Origin: Diadema setosum
Taxonomy: Eukaryota
NCBI RefSeq assembly: GCF_964275005.1
Contig: NC_092705.1
Span: 6,262,001 to 6,324,000 of the forward strand
DNA length: 62,000 bases
Direction: 5' to 3'
In this document: one piece after another, positions 52,647-62,000 of the stretch
Numbering within the stretch: position 1 is the stretch's first letter
How the letters are laid out: every line of letters begins with the position of its first letter
Notes under the pieces: generated by a model
Seen by the model: only the letters and a program-made list of their open reading frames with translations
Told to the model about the DNA's origin: nothing
Database searches by the model: none
Made by a program: the position numbers and the translations under genes

Positions 52647-54399
52647 GAAAAGCAAAAGTAAAGACAAAAACACAAAACCGGCTCGAAGCATTTCTGGATG
52701 AGACTGTAAGTGCTATATTATACGCAAATAAAGGTATTATGAATAAGAAGCATGGCTGTGGTTAAAGAGGCTGTGTTTTGTTTATTAAAAAAAAAAAAAA
52801 GGTTAAGCTGTATACTCCTGGGTATATTTTGATGAGTTCGCGTAAAGATGTCGCCTGTCCTCATATGGTAAACATCGCTTGTAAAGTCCGAGGTGAAATG
52901 GGTTGTTTTGAGCGGGAGATGAAAAGGGATAACGGATGAGTCACCCAGCAACCGGCTCCTGACCCTTTGATTACATAGACGTTTTTAAGACACAGCGAAA
53001 TACCTGTATGTTGATAGAGGCGATTGGAACTATCTGAACATAATAATACTGATGGAGATTCGTGGAGATTCTAAAAGAATGTTATATACAAGAGGGAAAT
53101 AACTGTAAATCAAGCTCCTTCTAACTCCCATGTGTGACACATAAAAGTCAGATTTCAAATTACATAATGAATTCAAAATAGTCCTTAGCCAAATCTTTGT
53201 GCCGAAATGGAAACTTGAAACACGGTACCTTAAATGAGGCTGCCTTCATCTATTTAGTTCGTAGCCACAAAACGAGGCTTTGCTAAAGATGAGCAGCTGT
53301 AGCTAGCTCTGATGGAAATGTTTCTGGATGAGTTTTAATGTTGTTTTTAACACGTAAAATGTACGATATATATTTTTGTTGGCCAGACATTTACGACAAC
53401 AATAGCACTTGCAGGTGTATTTACACTAAGCGTAGGATATGCCACCGCCAGCTGACCGTCAACTTTGAAGATCAGTAATAGTCAACGTTGCTCCAGTTAT
53501 GTGAACTTCCTCCGTGGAAATGTCTCAAGTACGTGTTTTTTGTGCTAGCTCTCGTAATGTGAAAGCTATTCCATCTGTTTGTATAGTTACAGATGTCTCG
53601 GCAAATAACGTAGCTGTGACAGACTATCCGTTTACTTGTGATTTCAATTGGATCACTAGCTCGCAAATGGGTCATGGGTCTGAAACGAGTTAACATCCCA
53701 TTCTTATCGCCAGTGGGTTCTTTCACTTTTTACACGTGATTCGCTGAATTGTAGAATAAGAATGATGTAGTAGGCACACATATTATCATTTTGGAATTGT
53801 AAACTAGACGTTTTAACACAGTTTCACATAATTATTTGTGCGGTAAATGTGTGCTTTTTAGTGGTATTTGCTGACATGCTAAAATGCTGAGCAGTCGGTA
53901 TGGAGTTCTAGCTGTTGAACTTTATCACTGTGCGTGTTGTGTCTGGATACACGTACCTCTCACTGTCAAAATGTCGATATCCATGATTTAGTATGTGGCA
54001 CCATATCAGTTTAATTGTCCACTGCATACCTTAACTGACCCATCTGTGATACTCAAGATAACGGGGGTACATAAAATGATGTGCCGACTGCATGAGACAG
54101 TATTGCCTTTACTGGCTAAATTAAGGGGCCAATAACAGTAACATCTATAAACATCTGTAAACGCAACACGGGAGATACTGTTCCCTCTGCTGCCGTTACA
54201 CCCCGACACGTCTCCACATAATCAGGACTATCATGTCGAATGAAGTCGCCAATTTAAATTCCGTCGCAGCATCCACGTGACAGCTGCAATATGAGTCCCC
54301 GTGATTGTTGTCTAACATTGCTTCGTGAGAGCCTAATTTTTAGCGCTACCACATGATCATCGAACGAATGGCCCCATGGCAGTTAAATGAGCGCCCTTT

Positions 54400-54438
54400 G
54401 CTCTATCATGGAGCTACTTAGTAGCTCCATGGCTCTAT
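54400..54438. mobile_element. 25-bp mini-palindrome with perfect 7-bp TSD
   Basis: GCTCTAT-[CATGGAGCTACTTAGTAGCTCCATG]-GCTCTAT. Confidence 0.78.
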
Positions 54439-55467
54439 ATTGGACATTAAAGGTAGTTGATCTCTTTATCTTCTTTTTGTTGTTGTTGTTGTTGTTGTGG
54501 CCGTGTTGCTCCTTTTTTTTTTAATAGGCTAGTAACTCAACGGGACTTCCATTATTCAGTACAAAGTCCAACCCTACAGTAGACTAACGATTGAACCATA
54601 TACTACCACATCTCCAAACGTGAAAAAAACAAAACAAACAACAACAACAGAGAAAACAGCAGCAACACCGACCCTTCCCGTCTACCAAGGGCGGAAGTAA
54701 GACAGGTTTCACAAAGGAAATACTTTTTTCCATGATGCCATGAAAGCACACATTGAATATTATTCCTTTGCGAAACAACAAAGAGAAACAAGTTAGTACT
54801 TAGCCACTATTCTACTTGAGAAATACATCTACTGTATAGTGTCATCATTGTATAAGTCACATATAAAGCCGGGTGTTTTAATCCGTTTGACTCGAAAGAG
54901 ATAATTTACATCATGTCCATTATTCTTTCTATGGATAATTCTCACTTGCTACTGAAGGAATTAATAAACTCTTTCACAGTGATGTATTGTCATTGCATTA
55001 CAAAAATGGTTATCATTCGTGGAGTTGATTTTGATGTTAAATATTAAGCAGGATAACATTTTGCGTGTTTCTTTTTTAAGGAGGATTTTACGAAACACTT
55101 TCTGCTGCTTGACCTATGTATGAACTTGCCAAAACTTTGTTTTCTGCAAAATATATAGATAATTAATGTGAATGATATGTTGGTAATAATTGTAAAACAC
55201 CATGTTCGTAGTGCAGTCATGTGACATGTCAGTTTGGTATTGTACTGGTAAGAAATTGATATCTTTATTCACTCTGAAATTTTGAAATCTACTGAAATAT
55301 CTACACAGAATGTACTGAATTAAGAGGTTTATTTGAAAGTACAGTGTATACGCATTATTACTCTAGATATGACAGGATCTTAGCCGTATAGGCCGAACAT
55401 TTACGTGAAAGGGAGGAAAGAAAGGAATGAACGAGTGGTTAGTATGAACTTGTCTAGCATCATTATC

Positions 55468-55915
55468 TTAAAGGTATTAGCCCACACTTGTAAACCTGCA
55501 GCAATTGGTCTCATAGTTAGCATGGAGTTTGGGTATGATTGCAGTAACACCTGTGCAAAATTTCGTTCCAATTAGTCCATTACTTTCATAAAAATAAATG
55601 GAAATGCACCGTATGCGTGCGTATAAAAACGCTCGCTAACTCCGGTCCACGCACGTACTACATGCTTGCGATACATGTGTAAGTTAATGTACGTAGCTTA
55701 TAGCTAGCCCGCGCTCATAATTCGATTTTGGGTCGGGTTGACCCGGTTTGAAAATTGATTTTAAAACGATGATTATCTCTCTTTTATCGAATGGTATAGA
55801 CAAAGAGCAACAGGTGAGGTATGTTACTGTTATAACTTGTACTTGAAGTCATATTGGACCTGTTTTATGCAGTTTTGATTTTCGTGGGTTTGCAAATGTG
55901 GGCTAGTACCTTTAA
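55468..55915. mobile_element. Kolobok-type non-autonomous element, family E
   Basis: TTAA-AGGTATTAGCCCACACTTGTAAACC ... GGTTTGCAAATGTGGGCTAGTACCT-TTAA. Confidence 0.82.
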
Positions 55916-58360
55916 TCCGTTTCCTTCACTGTATATTGCTAGTGATTGCATGTTAGAGTTCTTCGCATAGTGACTTGAAAGAAAATCCCGAGCTTGAAAA
56001 TACGCATTGTTCTGCTTTCTTTTCTTTTTTCTTCAATGTGCCCAATCTTTTCTGTTGTGCAAGCGAGAATTACATTGCAGTACTCATACGCTGCTGCTAT
56101 GTTTTGTCACCGGAACGTAGGCCTACTTAGGTTTTATTGTATTGTGTGTAAAGTCTAAAGTGCAAATTAACTACCCTTACAAACAGTGATCAGTGTGTCG
56201 TCATAAAGTACTGATTTGCTTTGTGTTTTTGTGTAAACGTAAAGTTGATGCTTCGCTTGATCTCGTAAGGTATCTCTTCATGAAATACTGATACACTCGT
56301 GAGTTTTAGAGTAGGCTTATATGTGTGTAAAGTCTTTATTGCAACTGTCCTTTGTGGTTTTGAACCGTGTATATGTGGATAACATGCGACGTACGTATTG
56401 GTTCATGTTTGTATTCCGTCTGTAGAAATATACGAATGGAGTCAAGGTGAACAGTGAGAGACGCTTAAAGCCGAATGCTTCGTATCGTATCGTACTTTCG
56501 AATTGGACAGCCTGGTTTGTGTCTTTAACTTATGCCTACGGTACCGTCTGTATAAAACGTATGAATATGAATTCAAAACGTTACATTCTCTTGCCCCTCG
56601 TGAGTAAAAATTACTACAAATGTGTTTAGATTACAAATGACTGCAAGTTATTCGTCATTGCATGCACTTTTATCTTATGATATTGTTAATCAGAGCCGTT
56701 TGAAGGACTAGAATAAATTGAAAGAAATATACCCGGAGGTTCATGTTTCCCTTTGTCTACAGTTGTGTGTAACAAAAGAGTTTTTGTGTATAAATTGCGC
56801 TTCCTATATGCTTTGAAGAGAGCGAAACTCATGAGTATTTGTATGATGAACCAATATTTTCAAGAATGTTACATAAGTTCCAGCTTTTTTTAAATGTCAC
56901 TTTCACCTATCTATATCATATCGTGTATACTTTGGGACCTTGTTCAAACAAGCTGTGCTTTATTTAGGTCCCTCGTAACATTTAGTACATGAACCTGACT
57001 CAGTCTTTTTAACTGATATGTGAACATGTTCGTACCCGTATGTATAATTGTTAATTTTATGCCAATGTTCGTGAAAATAAACTGAAACTGAACTGAAACG
57101 AACCTTGTTCTCATTTTTCTCCATGAAAAATACATCAGATATAACAAAATAGAATTATACATGATATCCAGCTTGAATGCACATTTACTAAAATATATTA
57201 TTTCAAACATAACATGGCGGTCAGTCTATGACATAATAATGAATCTAAGAAAAAATGCTAGAGAAATACGATGGAACCCATTTAAAGGCAAGCTTGTTAA
57301 GCATATATGGTCGCAGTCACGGATACAACTTAGGACCAATTTAAAGGGAGGGGAGAGTAAATTAATGCTCAGGGGTATATAAAATTCTTCTCAAGTACAA
57401 TTTTGGGAGAACAAATAAACCACATGCTGCAACAGACAAATCAATGGTTGTTATTGTAGTTTATCGATATTGAGAGTATCTATAGTGTAATAATGCGATT
57501 GAGACATCCATAATTATAAAAATATACAATGTGTCACAAATGTTATTCAAGCCGCTTCCAGAGAAGACCCACTTTATATTCTTCTGTAAATGAATGAAAT
57601 GTTGTTGTTGTTGTTTTTTCAAAATATGAGTTTCACTAGAATCGGCCATTATCTAGAATATTCAGGAATTTTCTTATCAAATCAGGATATTCTTTAACCT
57701 CAACCACTCTTTCTTTATTCTATTTTTGTTAAGTTGAAAAAAAAAAAGAAAGGAAATGTGAAAACACAGAGAAAATTCTGTTATTTCATCTAGTGTGTGC
57801 ACATGGGGTGACAGCACGGGAATTAAAAAAATTAAATGTGAACATTGAGATTATGTCCATTTTAGTCCAATTGTAATGAAACTTCTCCTCCGTATGTTTA
57901 ACTTTTACTCTATCTATAAAATGTAAACTTCAACATAAAATGGCTTTCCGCTTATCTAGAAGCAGCCTGCAGCCATCACGGATTCTACTTCGCAAGCGTT
58001 CGTCGACATTTCTGCATCATAACACCATAAAAATCAACTGTAGTAGCCCAGGTGAACTCGTCCACCTTCCATATTACCATATTCAATTTGTTTTCATTTA
58101 TTTTCATTTCCGCATAATACTAGAGCAACCTGGATTCTAATGCGTGGTCGCTGCCTCGGTTCGTGCGTCCTGTGGCTTCTACGTCATTGCTATCCGTGAT
58201 CAATCTAGGCAATTTCTATCTATGCTCGACTATCTATGCTAGCCTTCAAATTGTTGGTTCGTCAAGAGTAGAATTTCCTTTCGGTATATCCCTGTAGGTG
58301 AGGGACAAAGACATGACATTTGATGCATAACAGCTGCATGTGTTTGATTGGTCCTTTCTC

Positions 58361-58621
58361 CCCTATTGGAAATAACACAGTGTCCCACAGTGTGTTCACA
58401 GTGAGTTCTCATAGTCGTGAAAACGCTCGAATTTAACAGTGTGAAGATGATTTCACACTGTGGCGTGGTTTTCAAGGAGTGTTCACATAGTAATGCTTTG
58501 TTTCACACTGTGAATTGATGACTCACATTGTGTTCACACTGTTAAAACGCTCGAATTTAGCAGTGTGAAGAAATTTCACACTGTGTTCACACTGTGGGAC
58601 ACTGTGTTCTTTCCAGCAGGG
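58361..58621. mobile_element. CCC..GGG-ended (CMC/EnSpm-like) MITE with CACAGTGT repeats
   Basis: TC-CCCTATTGGAAATAACACAGTG ... CACTGTGTTCTTTCCAGCAGGG-TC (2-bp TSD). Confidence 0.75.
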
Positions 58622-58640
58622 TCTTTCTTTTTGCTTGTTA

Positions 58641-58678
58641 GATATTGCAGGGAGGTGGAGGGACCTCCCTGGATATTG
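58641..58678. mobile_element. 24-bp mini-palindrome with perfect 7-bp TSD
   Basis: GATATTG-[CAGGGAGGTGGAGGGACCTCCCTG]-GATATTG. Confidence 0.78.
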
Positions 58679-60013
58679 TGAAGTGAAACTTCCAAAGCTA
58701 TGATTAGTGGGGGTTTTTTTCCCCAAGATATAAACTTGATGCATTTTGAATGAGCGGAACTATGCGGAAGTTACCACACAACGATGTTCTCACGGGAAAA
58801 AACTGAAACGAAAAAGCACCAAGCTATAACGGAAAGTCTTTTCCTGTTCCTTCCATTGTGTAGACAAAGTAATATACTCAGCAATGTCATAATTATGTAC
58901 GATATTTTACATGCCTCTTTGTGAGCTTTTCATCTGAATTATTTTTTTGAAATTTAGTTATTTAATTTCATTATTGTCAGTTATTGAAATCCGCGAGATT
59001 TTCTTCATTCTTATTCTGCTCTATTCCTCTGTTAATAAGGAATAAGCCTATTGTACGTCCGTTCTCTATTGTCATAATTTACGATTTTCATAAATTACGA
59101 TACCTAAAGAAAAAGCGTAGCTTGATCACATTAACGATTTTACGATGGTGCTACAATGAAACTATTATGTTTGTTTGATGTTGTTGCTTTTACTTTAGGT
59201 CATTGTATTTGGAGTGAGTGGCATTTTGCCATAAAACCACGATTTTAGTAAATAAGTGGTCCACAACAAGTGGGGAGACAACGTAAGATCTATTCATTAC
59301 CACAATTTACCACAGGAACGGAAAACCTCTAACCTTGGGTCTTGGGAGCTTGTTCCTGCGAAGTTGGCATTGGAGGATATGTTGTCGTCATTGTCGAAAG
59401 CCTAGATAGTTTGCTTTTGTTTTCGACTGATTGCTTAGTTTTCTTCCGTTTTTGTTTTTGTTTTGCTTTTTGTTTATGATGGTCAGTGTTTTAGTTGGGT
59501 TTTTTTTTTCAAACTAATTGCCGCACAATCTACTCTTGTCATTTGTTTCTTTGGAAACAAAGGAAACATCAACAACAATTAAAAAGAAGCAGGCTCAGTT
59601 TGATAAATATGTTTGTTACATGAAATAAAGACAAACAAACGAAATAAGGTAGTGATAGTTGCCAAATTAACCTGGCTCAAACGTTTTAAATTCCTGTTAC
59701 CATGGTATTTGCCCGTCAAATCAAGTTATAGTATTGTTGACTGGCATTAGTCCAGCATTAAATAAGAAAAGTTATGTAATAGTTCACCTCTCAACAAACA
59801 CGTCAATGAGTCTCTTTCTATTTCACCATCTTGTTTATCATCATCTTCATAATTTGTGAAAGGAAAATGAGTTAAACTTTATGATAGGAAATGAATCTTG
59901 ACACCTACCGAAAACTGATCAAATGTATCAGTTTGTATACTCGAAACAGTAAGTCATGTCATGCGGGATTACTCGGTGAACATGAATGTTGTGTCTCTAT
60001 TTTCCTAGAGTCT

Positions 60014-60015
<2 letters not shown>

Positions 60016-60081
<66 letters not shown>

Positions 60082-60251
60082 TATACATTGATGTTTGTAG
60101 TAACATTGATGTTTGTAGTAATTTATTTTAGTCCAAAATGCTATTTATTAACTATTTATTGGAAAAATTGGTTGGAATAATTAGATAGCACTGTTGGACT
60201 AAAATGCATTACTAACCTACTTCGCCATCATTCATATAAATAAATAAATAA

Positions 60252-60305
<54 letters not shown>
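60016..60305. repeat. Two (TA)n microsatellites (60016-60081, 60257-60305)
   Basis: Direct reading. Confidence 0.9.
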
Positions 60306-60308
<3 letters not shown>

Positions 60309-60692
60309 GTACATCCGGTGGGTTATCTTCATTTTCATTTTAACTCGCTGATTAGACCGATTCGGTGATAGCTCGCAATGGCATAGTGTAGTATAGGAGA
60401 GAAAAAAATGGGAGAGATTGGTATAGATGGATGATAGAAAGATAGAGAGAGGGGGGTGGGAGAACTACACCAGTGAAGATGCGCCTCCCGGGGCCCCATC
60501 TTCACTGACCTCAAATTCGAAAGAAATCCTCGAGGGACTGATCATCGCCTTCTAGCCGAGACCTCTAAAACATCGGATATTATTACCTATACGAGGTAGT
60601 TTCGCGAGGCAATTACAGTTGGTATTTTGCAGGGTCGGGAGTTCAGCGGGCGATATTAGAGCATATCACGAGCATCCGGGTATTTACAAATA

Positions 60693-60876
60693 CAGTGGAC
60701 TCCCGTTATAACGAAATCCTCGGGACCGGCAGTTTTCTTTCGTTATATCGGAATTTTGTTATAACCGAGCAAATAAACAATAGAAATACATAGAGTGGAT
60801 GACATTGCAGCCCAAATTTTTACTTCGTTATATAACCAGAATTTTATTATAACCGTGTTTGAATGGGAGTGCACTG
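60693..60876. mobile_element. Tc1/mariner (pogo/Tigger-like) MITE
   Basis: TA-CAGTGGACTCCCGTT ... AATGGGAGTGCACTG-TA; internal TTCGTTATA repeats. Confidence 0.78.
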
Positions 60877-61356
60877 TAAAACAGGGAGGTGGGAAGAGGA
60901 GTGGAATCTAAACTCCCTGCTTTACATGTAAACATTCCGGTCGACCACCAAGAGAAAACATTCAAGGAGGTCGCTGCGTGTCGATTACACGCACCGCAGA
61001 AGAACGCCGATAAATCAACTCATACAAGGTCGACCACTTCCAGCAGCACTACGCGTCAAACAATGACTAGTCCATTTGTGCTCAATAACGGCACAGTGAC
61101 CATCAGTTATTACAACTCTCCAAATTGAAACAGAAGCAAAAATAAAGTGTAAAAGCGTTCAGATGTTTGAAGTTCGCCTGTTACAATGACATAATATGTA
61201 TCTTTGAAGTTGGAGTTGAATGATATACACTGATGAACAATTTGTCAATTATTCGACATGTTGGTGATGATCTACAGGTAGTCAAATGTGGCTTGATCTA
61301 TATCATAGTGTATAGCCGTATTCACATATTTTCCTAATTTAACTAGGGGATAGGTA

Positions 61357-61512
61357 ATAATTATGATATTGACTGGTCTTGAGGGAGATACCAGATAAAT
61401 ATTGCCCGCACTGAAAGAATATTGCCCTCGTCTTCGACTCGGGCAACATTCTTTCAGTTTGGGCAATATTTTCTGGTATCTCCCTCGAGGCCAGTCAATA
61501 TTATATAATTAT
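61357..61512. mobile_element. Long palindromic element (Crypton-like non-autonomous)
   Basis: ~70-bp arms ATATTGACTGG.CT.GAGGGAGATACCAGA.AAATATTGCCC..ACTGAAAGAAT around a central CTCGTCTTCGACTCG; no clear TSD. Confidence 0.65.
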
Positions 61513-62000
61513 ACTCGTCCCTTGGCGGCCATAATATGAGATTGCGTGACGCGGTCGAAGGATTCTTGTTAGTCTTATCATTGATACTGCCATCGCTGGT
61601 GTTTTAAATATTTTCTTCTTCTTGGTCCGACCGGAGAGATATTACATTTGTCAGTTTAGGTATATTGTTTCCCAACGGGAATGATCCACTTGCTACAACG
61701 CATTCGAGAGTCCATGCCGTTTAAGCTTGTAACCATAAGGGCGCTCGAACACCATGTCGTTCTTAATCAGTGTCTGATGTGAATTTCTTTATAAACACAA
61801 CAAAGTAGGCCCTTCACGGAGAGGAAGAGAAAGGATAGAGGGAATGTATTATTATTGTTGATAATTATTATCGGCAACCATGATTTGACGTTCGTGTATT
61901 AACTCTACTCGTTCCCCACGACACTCTAAACTCTTGCATTGAATGCCCCCAGATTACCATGTTGTAGTTAGGTTATGGATGAAAAGGCTGAGTCAAATCT

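Noticed and set aside
52647..56720. Exact 3' end of the GPCR mRNA
   Set aside because: Several AATAAA candidates (52727, 54963, 56712); cannot choose without transcript data
60471..60507. CAGTGAAGATG..CATCTTCACTG 37-bp hairpin
   Set aside because: Different terminus and no convincing TSD, so not counted in the footprint family; likewise the half-sites at 17929 and 37086 and the degenerate hairpin at 21598-21628

Overview
AT-rich, intron- and repeat-rich animal genomic DNA, most likely an echinoderm such as a sea urchin (inferred from repeat types and GPCR style, not proven). I can build two + strand protein-coding genes by hand. (1) An uncharacterised ~578-aa gene (CDS 3395-8780, 10 coding exons). 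Its N-terminal part is an array of 63-nt phase-0 exons, each encoding a 21-aa amphipathic helix resembling the AKAP/PKA-RII docking consensus, with decayed pseudo-exons between them; an acidic, proline-rich tail follows. (2) A 427-aa class A peptide-receptor-like GPCR (CDS 49748-50014 + 51630-52646) that probably has a non-coding first exon near 12.9-13.7 kb and a ~36-kb first intron. The rest is non-coding: many TTAA-target Kolobok/T2-type MITEs, other DNA-transposon MITEs, tRNA-derived SINEs, two L2/CR1-group LINE fragments, a decayed transposase remnant and microsatellites. The most unusual signal is about a dozen tiny (18-42 bp) CA..TG palindromes flanked by mostly 7-bp target duplications, twice stacked in tandem at one site. 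These look like excision footprints or micro-MITEs of P-superfamily (Galileo/1360-like) transposons. A second scar-like motif, TAGGCCTA, is also over-represented. No rRNA, intact tRNA or CRISPR array was found.
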